A stretch of DNA of 29,673 nucleotides. It comes from a virus (lineage: Duplodnaviria; Caudoviricetes). Location: positions 1 through 29,673 of IMG/VR virus record IMGVR_UViG_3300020042_005675; one strand, 5' to 3'. Shown piece after piece: positions 7,058-14,647 of the stretch. How positions within the stretch are numbered: position 1 is the stretch's first letter; each line of letters opens with the position of its first letter. The notes under the pieces are model-generated. The model saw only the letters and a program-made list of their open reading frames with translations. It was not told where the DNA came from and did no database searches. The position numbers were made by a program, and so were the translations under genes.

Positions 7058-7271
7058 CTATAAAAGACTTGCTAAAGTATTAAATAAAACACGCAGGTCT
7101 CTTACCCAAACTTGTCATGAACTGGGTATAGATGTTGATGATATAGAAGACCATATATTAATAGAAGTAATTGATCAATGTTCGCATTGCAACATTTGGT
7201 CTCAACAATTAGTAAAAGATCTTGACTATAATCCAGTATGCCCTACATGTGTTAGGCTAACTGGATTATAG
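7038..7271 (+). CDS. Small zinc-finger protein
   Basis: CSHC and CPTC pairs after a helical N-terminus. Confidence 0.65.
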   Translation: MIDISPNYKRLAKVLNKTRRSLTQTCHELGIDVDDIEDHILIEVIDQCSHCNIWSQQLVKDLDYNPVCPTCVRLTGL

Positions 7272-7273
7272 AC

Positions 7274-7302
7274 TTGACAAAGCAATCAAAATAGAGTATA
7301 AT
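7274..7302 (+). promoter_or_regulatory. Perfect sigma70 promoter TTGACA-17-TATAAT
   Basis: Exact consensus upstream of uvsE. Confidence 0.9.
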
Positions 7303-7331
7303 AAACAATTACCGACAAATATAAGTACAAA

Positions 7332-8330
7332 ATGTTCAATCAAAATATTAATCGCATTGGCTTTGCCTGCAAAGTTCAGATTTCAGAGTCAAAAGCTGAC
7401 CCTAAACTGAATCAGTCAGGCACGACTATTAAGTGGCTAAGCTCACAAACACCCGATCGGGCTCGTGAACGTTTATGGGATTTGATGCGTGCTAATGTTC
7501 AAGCATTGTCGGGTCAGATTGAATGGTTAGGCAAGCAGCCACCAGAGCTGCGTATGTTCAGAATTACTTCAGATTTGCTGACCGCATATACTCATGACGA
7601 CTATATAGCTTTTTACTTTGAGCCTGACGTAGTCCAATTCCTAGAGTCTAATCTAAGCAAAATAGGTACTCGTGCCCGAGAACTAGACATTCGTCTCTCA
7701 TTTCACCCAGGTCAGTTCTGCGTGCTTGCTAGTGAACAAGATCATGTTATTGAAAACTCAATCACAGAATTTGAGTATCATTGCGACTTAATACGCTACA
7801 TGGGCTACGGCAAAAAGTTTCAAGACTTTAAATGCAATGTACACATTGGTGGTAGACGCGGTCCTGACGGCATCAAAGCCGCACTAAAACGTTTGTCACC
7901 AGAAGCACGTAACTGCTTAACCATCGAAAACGCAGAGTTTACATGGGGTTTAGATCACTCGCTAGAATTAGTAGACCACTGTGCACTTGTGCTTGACATT
8001 CATCACCACTGGATTCATTCAGGCGAATACATTACACCTTGTGACGATAAGTTCAAACGTGTTGTCGACTCATGGCGTGGTGTTAGACCAACAATGCACT
8101 ACTCAGTATCTCGTGAAGATGTACTCATCGACCATGATCCTTATATTCGCCCAGACTTTCAACAACTAAAAGCAAGTGGATTTACTTCAGCAAAACTTCG
8201 TGCACATTCAGAATTCTACTGGAACAAAGCAGTAAATAAGTGGGCACTAAGCTTTAATCCACACGCAGATATAATGTGCGAATCAAAACAGAAAAACACA
8301 GCATCACAAGAACTATATGAACAAATTTGA
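7332..8330 (+). CDS. uvsE: UV damage endonuclease (UVDE)
   Basis: RIGFAC, MFRITSD, RLSFHPGQF, NVHIGG, LTIEN, VLDIHHH, HYS, RAHS, DIMCESKQKN. Confidence 0.9.
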   Translation: MFNQNINRIGFACKVQISESKADPKLNQSGTTIKWLSSQTPDRARERLWDLMRANVQALSGQIEWLGKQPPELRMFRITSDLLTAYTHDDYIAFYFEPDVVQFLESNLSKIGTRARELDIRLSFHPGQFCVLASEQDHVIENSITEFEYHCDLIRYMGYGKKFQDFKCNVHIGGRRGPDGIKAALKRLSPEARNCLTIENAEFTWGLDHSLELVDHCALVLDIHHHWIHSGEYITPCDDKFKRVVDSWRGVRPTMHYSVSREDVLIDHDPYIRPDFQQLKASGFTSAKLRAHSEFYWNKAVNKWALSFNPHADIMCESKQKNTASQELYEQI

Positions 8331-8757
8331 AACAGGCACTAAAAATGCAGAAATCTTTAATACAACAGCTCCTTATAATAATTACAATCAAGGCAGTGAT
8401 CCTCGCTGGCTTTTTGTGTGTAGCGCTGGGTTACTGCGTAGCCCAACAGGTGCTGCATTAGCCATCCGCAAAGGCGTCAATGCCAGATCATGTGGTAGCG
8501 CAGTAGATTATGCTTTAATTCCTATTAGTGCCAATCTTATTATGTGGGCACATAAAATTGTATTTGTTAGCGAAGAAAACTACCACGAAGCACTAGAACT
8601 ATTTAAAGATCATCAAATGTTGAGTCATCTAATAGTAGTAAGATCACTAGTACTTGATATTCCTGACGTATACAACTTCAATGATCCTGACCTTATCATA
8701 GAATTTGAAAAGCAAATTGATTGGGTCAGAGAGTTTGCTGGCAAAGCCATATATTAA
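8317..8757 (+). CDS. LMW protein-tyrosine-phosphatase-like protein
   Basis: LFVCSAGLLRSPT is a CX5R(S) P-loop; LDIPD carries the general acid. Confidence 0.8.
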   Translation: MNKFETGTKNAEIFNTTAPYNNYNQGSDPRWLFVCSAGLLRSPTGAALAIRKGVNARSCGSAVDYALIPISANLIMWAHKIVFVSEENYHEALELFKDHQMLSHLIVVRSLVLDIPDVYNFNDPDLIIEFEKQIDWVREFAGKAIY

Positions 8758-8764
8758 TTTAGAC

Positions 8765-8793
8765 TTGATTTTGTTTGCTTTTTCGAGTATAAT
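8765..8793 (+). promoter_or_regulatory. Sigma70-type promoter TTGATT-17-TATAAT
   Basis: Consensus match with exact spacing. Confidence 0.8.
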
Positions 8794-8815
8794 ATAAACT
8801 ACTTTGGAGAAAACA

Positions 8816-9019
8816 ATGGCTGGGTATACAAAAGAATTTTTAATTGATGCTTTTATGAGTCGCTACGTTAACTGCGACCATTTGTCAATAGAAAAACTAG
8901 AACGACTAGAAATTATGGCTAACGATCTTTATGATCGCGTTGGTCGTGACTCATTTCGTGTGTACTGTTGCTTAGATGCAGAAGCTATCCGTGAGTATAA
9001 AAATAAGGTAACAGCATGA
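8816..9019 (+). CDS. Phage hypothetical protein
   Basis: GGAG SD before ATG 8816. Confidence 0.75.
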   Translation: MAGYTKEFLIDAFMSRYVNCDHLSIEKLERLEIMANDLYDRVGRDSFRVYCCLDAEAIREYKNKVTA

Positions 9020-9246
9020 AAATAAAAGACTTAATTGCAGAATTGCAAAAACACGATCCCGAAATGCAAGCTATTCGTGCTGGATACGAAGGCGGAGTTG
9101 AGTTTGTTTCAAGTGTTAAGTGTTTCGAAGTTGCACTAGACGTTAATTTAGACTGGTGGTATGGCAAACATGAAATACTACTGCACGACCTGCAACGTGA
9201 AGAGTTGCGCGATTATACTAAAACACAAGCGGTATTAGTATCATGA
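9016..9246 (+). CDS. Phage hypothetical protein
   Basis: ATGA coupling; MKIKDLIAELQKHDPEM-type N-terminus is common in phages. Confidence 0.75.
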   Translation: MKIKDLIAELQKHDPEMQAIRAGYEGGVEFVSSVKCFEVALDVNLDWWYGKHEILLHDLQREELRDYTKTQAVLVS

Positions 9247-9362
9247 AAAAATTACCAAAAATGCGTAACCGAATAGTTATGCATATGATTAAGCGTAAGT
9301 GTGGGGCGCATAAAAAGACTCACAAACAACTACGCGGCAAATTAAATCGCAATTTAGAATAA
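9243..9362 (+). CDS. Small highly basic protein (39 aa)
   Basis: MKKLPKMRNRIVMHMIKRKCGAHKKTHKQLRGKLNRNLE; ATGA-coupled; below the ORF track cutoff. Confidence 0.65.
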   Translation: MKKLPKMRNRIVMHMIKRKCGAHKKTHKQLRGKLNRNLE

Positions 9363-9463
9363 CCACTCGGGTTTAAGGAAACCAGAAAACTATCCTTACA
9401 GCAATTCAAGCAGGGCTGTGTAAATATTTCTTGAATTTTTTCACACACAACACAAGGAATTTT

Positions 9464-9682
9464 ATGTTCACACCCGATTTTTATATTGATTTATTTCAAT
9501 CCTCAAAGCGTCAGTTTACTAACCAAGTTTACCAAGACGAAACACTCAACAAAGCCTGCAATGCTTTCATTGACGCACAAACAACGTTTGCTAAAATGAT
9601 GGCTAAAAATTATGTTGATTTGTCAACATACAGCGCGGACACAATGAGCAAAGTATTTTTTCCACAAAAGGACTCAAAATGA
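9464..9682 (+). CDS. Hypothetical amphipathic helical protein (phasin-like, tentative)
   Basis: AAGGA SD with AC-rich leader; FIDAQTTFAK motif. Confidence 0.65.
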   Translation: MFTPDFYIDLFQSSKRQFTNQVYQDETLNKACNAFIDAQTTFAKMMAKNYVDLSTYSADTMSKVFFPQKDSK

Positions 9683-9906
9683 ATCCTTTTGAACTTCGTG
9701 CACAAATGTTAAGCATGGCTCAAGATTACTTGCAGCAGCAACAACAAATTAACTTAGATTTTGCTGGTCGCACTTTTGAACAACTTGTAAAAGAAGGTAA
9801 AAAAGTAGCAGAAGACTGGCAACAGTATGCTCCTAAAATGCACTCATTAGAAGATGTAGTAAAAGAAGCAAACAAGTTATACGGGTTTGTTAAAGATACT
9901 AAGTAA
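9679..9906 (+). CDS. Phage hypothetical protein
   Basis: MNPFELR...A.KLYGFV; ATGA coupling. Confidence 0.75.
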   Translation: MNPFELRAQMLSMAQDYLQQQQQINLDFAGRTFEQLVKEGKKVAEDWQQYAPKMHSLEDVVKEANKLYGFVKDTK

Positions 9907-9914
9907 TTTAATAC

Positions 9915-9985
9915 CGCGGTGAGTCAGGGTAAGGGCAAGCCTCATAAGCTCAGCCCAGAAGGTTCGAGTCCTTCCGCCGCAACCA
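9915..9985 (+). tRNA. Atypical tRNA-like gene, anticodon CAT, initiator-like C1:A72, no D-stem
   Basis: Acceptor CGCGGTG/CGCCGCA, ACCA end, perfect T-arm GAAGG-TTCGAGT-CCTTC, loop CTCATAA; only 71 nt. Confidence 0.7.
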
Positions 9986-10013
9986 AACATGGGCTAAATG
10001 CCTGTCCTAAACC

Positions 10014-10060
10014 AAGGTTTAGGTTTGCCAAGCCAGGTAAACCTAAGCCTTTATTTATTT
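10014..10060 (+). terminator. 16-bp hairpin with T-rich tail (terminator or processing stem)
   Basis: AAGGTTTAGGTTTGCC / GGTAAACCTAAGCCTT with two G-U pairs, followed by TATTTATTT. Confidence 0.6.
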
Positions 10061-10066
10061 ATACAT

Positions 10067-10405
10067 ATGAAATTATTAGAACACTTAAGAGTTATTTATT
10101 ATACATATACTACTTTAGTGTATCAACTACTTTGTATGTTTTTAGCAACACTATGCTTGGCTATGTATATGTTAACACAATTTAATTATGGATACATGGA
10201 AGCATATAAAGCACAGATTGATATGTTACGACAGCGAACAGAAGGTCAGTCAAAGCAACTAATTGTATTAGAAGAACGATATAATAAACAGCAACAAGAG
10301 TTTAATGCTTTTAAAAGTAGAACAGTTGCAGTAGAAACTAATTTGCAATATGAAGTTCAACAACTTAAATCTCCCCAAAAATCAATAACACATTTAAAGA
10401 GGTAA
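10067..10405 (+). CDS. Membrane-anchored coiled-coil protein
   Basis: Hydrophobic LVYQLLCMFLATLCLAMYML followed by heptads; start 10067 is tentative. Confidence 0.65.
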   Translation: MKLLEHLRVIYYTYTTLVYQLLCMFLATLCLAMYMLTQFNYGYMEAYKAQIDMLRQRTEGQSKQLIVLEERYNKQQQEFNAFKSRTVAVETNLQYEVQQLKSPQKSITHLKR

Positions 10406-10406
10406 T

Positions 10407-10595
10407 ATGTCAGACGGAGGAAAAGGTTCAAAGCCAAGACCTATTAAGGTATCAAATCAAGAATACGAACTACGGTGGGATGCAATATTTGCTGTTCCTA
10501 TTGATAGCGAAACAGATAAACCTACTCGTAACAACGAAGAAACTCAACAAGTTCAAAATATTAAAGTTGACAATTCTGGTAAAAGTTTGTTATAA
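10407..10595 (+). CDS. Small conserved phage protein
   Basis: GAGG SD; MSDGGKGS.PRP...WDAIF motif recurrent in aquatic phages. Confidence 0.7.
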   Translation: MSDGGKGSKPRPIKVSNQEYELRWDAIFAVPIDSETDKPTRNNEETQQVQNIKVDNSGKSLL

Positions 10596-10596
10596 T
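10567..10596 (+). promoter_or_regulatory. Promoter TTGACA-18-TATAAT with extended -10 TG, likely driving the tRNA cluster
   Basis: Both hexamers are exact consensus. Confidence 0.75.
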
Positions 10597-10615
10597 TATT
10601 CTTTAAGGATAATCT

Positions 10616-10819
10616 ATGAACTCAAAACCATTAATGATTATGCCTGCTTACGGCAGACAGTATAAAACTAGCGAACAAGCTAAAACTGACTGGAACGCTG
10701 GAAAAGATTTCAAAATTGTCAATGGACCATACCTTAGTATACGAGATGTTAATTATATTAAAGATACTTATAGTTCTGTATGGATTGACTTAATTACACT
10801 TGTAGTTAGAGTAGCGTAA
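10616..10819 (+). CDS. Phage hypothetical protein
   Basis: AAGGA SD; PAYGR.YK...DWNAGKDF motif. Confidence 0.7.
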   Translation: MNSKPLMIMPAYGRQYKTSEQAKTDWNAGKDFKIVNGPYLSIRDVNYIKDTYSSVWIDLITLVVRVA

Positions 10820-10824
10820 ACAAA

Positions 10825-10908
10825 GCGAGTATGGGGGAATCGGTAGACCCAGCAGACTTAAAATCTGCCGCGTAATGCGTATCGGTTCGATTCCGATTAC
10901 TCGTACCA
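10825..10908 (+). tRNA. tRNA-Leu(TAA)
   Basis: Cloverleaf, GCAGA-CTTAAAA-TCTGC, long variable arm, CCA. Confidence 0.95.
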
Positions 10909-10914
10909 AACAAT

Positions 10915-10990
10915 ATCTCGTTCGTCTAGAGGCCTAGGACACCACCCTTTCACGGTGACTACACCAGTTCGAATCTGGTACGAGATACCA
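10915..10990 (+). tRNA. tRNA-Glu(TTC)
   Basis: ATCTCGT/ACGAGAT acceptor, CTTTCAC loop, TTCGAAT, CCA. Confidence 0.93.
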
Positions 10991-10995
10991 ATTTA

Positions 10996-11070
10996 GGTCT
11001 TAAAGTGTTCACGGACGCACACAGCACTGTCACTGCTGTAGATGGGGATCGTTACCCCATGAGACCGCCA
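10996..11070 (+). tRNA. tRNA-Asp(GTC) with non-canonical core
   Basis: CAGCA-CTGTCAC-TGCTG, G73, CCA; T-loop reads ATCGTTA. Confidence 0.88.
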
Positions 11071-11075
11071 ATTAT

Positions 11076-11151
11076 GCAGTTGTTAGTGTAACGGTTAACA
11101 CCACGGATTGTGATTCCGTTAATATGGGTTCGATCCCCATACTTCTGCCCA
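11076..11151 (+). tRNA. tRNA-His(GTG)
   Basis: Encoded G-1:C73, ACGGA-TTGTGAT-TCCGT, CCA; two T-T mismatches in the acceptor stem. Confidence 0.85.
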
Positions 11152-11158
11152 AAATTAT

Positions 11159-11236
11159 AGTGTGATGGCAGAGTGGTCTAATGCAACGGATTGCAAATCC
11201 GTAAAGTCGTCGGTTCAAATCCGACTCACACTTCCA
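11159..11236 (+). tRNA. tRNA-Cys(GCA)
   Basis: AGTGTGA/TCACACT, T73, TTGCAAA loop, CCA. Confidence 0.93.
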
Positions 11237-11255
11237 CTTAATTAAAGAAACATAA

Positions 11256-11846
11256 ATGATAGACGAAACAAAAATTACATTAGGTAAACAGTATTTTACT
11301 AAAAATACATCAAACGTATATGAATTCTATCTGTCAGGCGAAATTGAAGATGCTAGTGAGTATAGCGAATGGTTTGATATTATTCGCAATGCACGACTAG
11401 GCGATGTAGTTAAAATTTACATTAATAGTTGCGGAGGCGATTTATATACGGCTCTGCAATTTTTGCGTGTGTTATCAGAAAGTTCGGCTCATGTAATTAC
11501 ATCAGTTGAAGGTGCTTGTATGAGTGCTGCAACAATGATCTTTTTGCATGGTGATGAGTTTGAAGTAACCCCGCACTCACTTTTTATGTTTCATAATTAT
11601 AGTGCAGGTGTGTTTGGTAAAGGCGGAGAAATGTTTGACCAACTTCAGTTTGAACGTAGTTGGTCAGAAAACTTCTTACGAGATGTATACCACGACTTTT
11701 TAACACCAGATGAAATTAAATCAATGTTGGACAACAAAGACATCTGGCTTACATCAGAGCAGGTATTAGCACGAATTGATTTAGTATTAGCTAAAGTAAC
11801 TGCAGAGCAGGAATTAAATGAAGAATCTGTGGAGACTGTGGAGTAA
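11256..11846 (+). CDS. clpP: ClpP-like protease proteolytic subunit
   Basis: YLSGEI, IYINSCGG, GACMSAAT (catalytic Ser), FMFH (His), DIWLT. Confidence 0.85.
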   Translation: MIDETKITLGKQYFTKNTSNVYEFYLSGEIEDASEYSEWFDIIRNARLGDVVKIYINSCGGDLYTALQFLRVLSESSAHVITSVEGACMSAATMIFLHGDEFEVTPHSLFMFHNYSAGVFGKGGEMFDQLQFERSWSENFLRDVYHDFLTPDEIKSMLDNKDIWLTSEQVLARIDLVLAKVTAEQELNEESVETVE

Positions 11847-11975
11847 AGCACTAGGTGAAAAAAGTGGCAGCACTGATTGTGAAGCTAACAAAATAGCTTT
11901 AATTCGTACACTAATCGTGCTTTGTTACATTGTTACAAATTTATTTATAATAGCAGGCGTTATAAGGCAATGGTA

Positions 11976-12236
11976 ATGGCTAAAACATTTGGTAATTTAA
12001 AATCTAATAAATTAGATATGTTGGACAAATTAACAATCGGCAAGTTTGCTGGTTGTAGAATATGTGACATTATAGCAGATGATTTTGAATATCTTATTTG
12101 GTTAAACAAGCAAGGATTTGTAAACTTTACAACGCCTGTTATGACTGATCTGCTTGCAAGAGCAGGCTTTAAAGAAGCTGAAGAAAACTACAAGAATGAA
12201 GTTGAACCATGGGAGGGTGAAGATGTACCCCTTTGA
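11976..12236 (+). CDS. Small protein with ExoX C-terminal/DUF3820-like motif
   Basis: LTIGKFAGCRICDII..DFEYLIWL matches GK..G..I......YL.W. Confidence 0.6.
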   Translation: MAKTFGNLKSNKLDMLDKLTIGKFAGCRICDIIADDFEYLIWLNKQGFVNFTTPVMTDLLARAGFKEAEENYKNEVEPWEGEDVPL

Positions 12237-12327
12237 TTATTCAAATCTAAATATAAAAGAAGTCCTTATCTGGTCTATTGACAAACATGGATTTGTTGAA
12301 GTAGAAAAGATAACACTAGAAACATAA
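12223..12327 (+). CDS. Putative 34 aa peptide
   Basis: GGAGG SD; MYPFDYSNLNIKEVLIWSIDKHGFVEVEKITLET; stop abuts tRNA-Gly. Confidence 0.45.
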   Translation: MYPFDYSNLNIKEVLIWSIDKHGFVEVEKITLET

Positions 12328-12401
12328 GCGGGATTGGTATAGGGGTTGTGCCCTAGTCTTCCAAACTAGAGAGATCAGTTCGAGCCTGATATCCCGCTCC
12401 A
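12328..12401 (+). tRNA. tRNA-Gly(TCC)
   Basis: GCGGGAT/ATCCCGC, CTAGT-CTTCCAA-ACTAG, T73, CCA. Confidence 0.93.
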
Positions 12402-12413
12402 TTTTTTCGAGTC

Positions 12414-12489
<76 letters not shown>

Positions 12490-12500
12490 TGAAACATAAA

Positions 12501-12590
12501 TTTATACCTGATCCATTATTACATAAGCGCAATTTTATACCTGACCCATTATTAAAAGATAAACGTAAGTTTATTCTTGACAAACCCTTA
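12501..12590 (+). repeat. Direct repeat TTTATACCTGAYCCATTATTA x2 plus a degenerate third copy
   Basis: Copies start at 12501, 12534 and 12570 (periods 33 and 36). Confidence 0.8.
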
Positions 12591-12604
12591 CATCAAAAAC
12601 AACC

Positions 12605-12633
12605 AACCCCAGCTTAAGCTGGGTTTTTTGTTT
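12605..12633 (+). terminator. Intrinsic terminator ending the tRNA region
   Basis: CCCAGC-TTAA-GCTGGG followed by TTTTTTGTTT. Confidence 0.85.
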
Positions 12634-12646
12634 GTAAAAAACATAC

Positions 12647-12675
12647 TTGAACTATTGTACTAATTTTGATATAAT
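12647..12675 (+). promoter_or_regulatory. Sigma70-type promoter TTGAAC-17-TATAAT
   Basis: Consensus match directly after the terminator. Confidence 0.8.
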
Positions 12676-12712
12676 ACAAGTTCTGAAGAAAACTTTAACA
12701 CAAGGAAACACA

Positions 12713-13039
12713 ATGAAAATTTATTTTGGTAATGCTAACGAAGACTTGTTTAGTGATGGTCTGTTTGTTATCAATGACAAGCAGTACTACTATGGTGTAC
12801 AACACGGAACAAACCCTGGTGGACTAGACGAAGTAGTTATCTTTGATGGCTGTAAGCGTAAAGTACCAGTACACATTGAAGCTATTCCAGAGCTGATTGC
12901 AGCTTTGAAAGAAGTACAAAGAGTTAATGAAGCAGTTAAAGAAGCTAATCGTTTAACAGAGCGCGCAGAATCTAAAACTAAAGGATACGTATATAGTTCT
13001 TGGAATGACGATTTTGAAGTAGATTTTGATACGGAGTAA
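12713..13039 (+). CDS. Phage hypothetical protein
   Basis: AAGGA SD before ATG 12713. Confidence 0.75.
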   Translation: MKIYFGNANEDLFSDGLFVINDKQYYYGVQHGTNPGGLDEVVIFDGCKRKVPVHIEAIPELIAALKEVQRVNEAVKEANRLTERAESKTKGYVYSSWNDDFEVDFDTE

Positions 13040-13042
13040 TTA

Positions 13043-13438
13043 ATGGCATCTTCAGGAAGTAAAGCTAAACAAGCATATGCGGCATTGTATAAGTCTAGCA
13101 CACGCTGGGCTACAAACCGCAAAATTAAACTAACACGGATACTAAAACAACAACCTAATAACGAACAAATTAAAGACGCATTAGCAAATATTAAGTATCG
13201 TAGACATACTCCTACAACTAAAACAGTATGGAGTCATAGTAACATTCGAATAGCTAAATTATTTAAAGAATTTACTGGTCGTGCTAGTGCTGACTTATTT
13301 AGTAGTAATCCAAAAGTTCAGTTCGCTGCACTTATGTATCGCCCTGATGCTGATAAGTTGGGGGTCATCGAAGGTAGAGTTAACTTTAGTTTGGGTGCTA
13401 GAGCACACGATGCTAAAGGCAACTTTATATGGAAATAA
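13043..13438 (+). CDS. Basic hypothetical protein
   Basis: GGAG SD; K/R-rich. Confidence 0.75.
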   Translation: MASSGSKAKQAYAALYKSSTRWATNRKIKLTRILKQQPNNEQIKDALANIKYRRHTPTTKTVWSHSNIRIAKLFKEFTGRASADLFSSNPKVQFAALMYRPDADKLGVIEGRVNFSLGARAHDAKGNFIWK

Positions 13439-13692
13439 TTGAAATATATCTCTTATTTGCATTAACAACAGGTATTACTAGCTGTTACTTATTTTTAGTT
13501 CCAGCAGTATCTTTAGCTCGGGAAATGAATATACAAAATACTTTTACTGAAAATACTTGGTTAAGCTATGCAATTTACATAACTATAACAACTATTACAG
13601 CTCCCTTTAGTATATTACCTATTTTTATAACTAGCTTTGCTGAGCGTTTTAAAACTGGTCTTGAACGGGCGGTATTAGAAAATCAAATTTAA
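13429..13692 (+). CDS. Two-TM membrane protein
   Basis: Two hydrophobic segments. Confidence 0.7.
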   Translation: MEIIEIYLLFALTTGITSCYLFLVPAVSLAREMNIQNTFTENTWLSYAIYITITTITAPFSILPIFITSFAERFKTGLERAVLENQI

Positions 13693-13702
13693 AAATTTTG
13701 AT

Positions 13703-13731
13703 TTGACCCTAAAGTGCAAAAGTTGTATAAT
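13703..13731 (+). promoter_or_regulatory. Sigma70-type promoter TTGACC-17-TATAAT
   Basis: Consensus match with exact spacing. Confidence 0.85.
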
Positions 13732-13762
13732 ATATACTTAATTTAAGAAAGAAAAGCCTATC

Positions 13763-14035
13763 ATGAACTTCATAGAATTTACTTATACAAAAGCAGACGG
13801 AACTGAGTCAAAGCGTGCAGTATTACCACTAGTTGGTCCTACTACATTTGTTGAAGGTATCGATGTTTCACAAATGCCAGAAGATGAGTTTGTAGTTTTT
13901 TGCCGTGACTTTTCAACCTTGAAATCAGCACAGCATGAACAAACTATGGCAATGCTTGAACAGTTTGACCTTAAGCACAACTATCGTAGATTTATCCCAG
14001 CACAAATGTCAGACATTACAACAGATTATGTCTAA
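13763..14035 (+). CDS. Hypothetical protein with WYL/SH3-like N-terminus
   Basis: IEFTYTKADGTESKRAV and YRRF resemble WYL-like strands. Confidence 0.6.
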   Translation: MNFIEFTYTKADGTESKRAVLPLVGPTTFVEGIDVSQMPEDEFVVFCRDFSTLKSAQHEQTMAMLEQFDLKHNYRRFIPAQMSDITTDYV

Positions 14036-14276
14036 ATTCAGAGCATGGGATAGTGAAATATTACTAGAAGCTGTAAAAATAAGTTTACAAATTCGTAGTA
14101 AAATAGAAGAAATGTGTATTAGTACACGAACCGATCCTGATAATTTACCAAATAGTTTAATACCAACTTCTAACTTATACAGATTAGTTTGTGCGTATGA
14201 GGCGTCTTATAACGCATTAATTGAAAACGATTTAGTTAAATCAGGTAATTTATCAACAAACAAAGAAATACATTAA
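14028..14276 (+). CDS. Phage hypothetical protein
   Basis: Likely start MSKFRAWDS overlapping the upstream gene end. Confidence 0.65.
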   Translation: MSKFRAWDSEILLEAVKISLQIRSKIEEMCISTRTDPDNLPNSLIPTSNLYRLVCAYEASYNALIENDLVKSGNLSTNKEIH

Positions 14277-14287
14277 AGAAAGCAAAC

Positions 14288-14644
14288 ATGGCAACTTGGA
14301 CAGACGAACTCAAAGCAGAAGTAATTGCTAAATACGAAGGTGCAGGCCCAACGCCTGAATCCTCTACTGAAATTATCAAAGATATTGCAGAAGAAATTGA
14401 AATGTCGCCTAATGGCGTTCGCATGGTACTAGTGCAAGCTGGTGTTTATGTGAAAAAAGAAGCAGGCGCTTCTACTACAAAAACAAAAGCACCTAGCGGT
14501 GAAGGCACAAAACGTGTGTCAAAAGAGTCTAGCATTGCTGAACTCAAAGCAGCTATTGAAGCAGCAGGTAAAGAAGTCGATGAAGACATTCTAAGCAAGC
14601 TCACAGGTAAAGCTGCTGTATACTTCTTAACAATCTTGAAGTAA
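14288..14644 (+). CDS. D3: T5 D3-like DNA-binding protein
   Basis: WTDEL, SPNGVRM.LV.AGVYVKK, RVSK, KLTGKAA match T5 D3 as recalled. Confidence 0.8.
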   Translation: MATWTDELKAEVIAKYEGAGPTPESSTEIIKDIAEEIEMSPNGVRMVLVQAGVYVKKEAGASTTKTKAPSGEGTKRVSKESSIAELKAAIEAAGKEVDEDILSKLTGKAAVYFLTILK

Positions 14645-14647
14645 TTT

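Noticed and set aside
9243-9362. ArfA ribosome-rescue factor
   Set aside because: Basic and small, but lacks the KKGKGSY motif
9986-10055. tRNA-associated HDV-like (theta) ribozyme
   Set aside because: Could not build the P1/P2/P3 nested pseudoknot; GGGCTAA has no suitable downstream partner
9919-10185. 88 aa ORF in the track
   Set aside because: Runs through the tRNA-like gene and the hairpin; no SD
11845-11923. Hammerhead ribozyme
   Set aside because: CTGATTG is not CUGANGA and no GAAA follows the second stem
12501-12590. CRISPR or mini-array
   Set aside because: Only two good 21-nt copies with 12-15 nt between them, no palindrome and no cas genes
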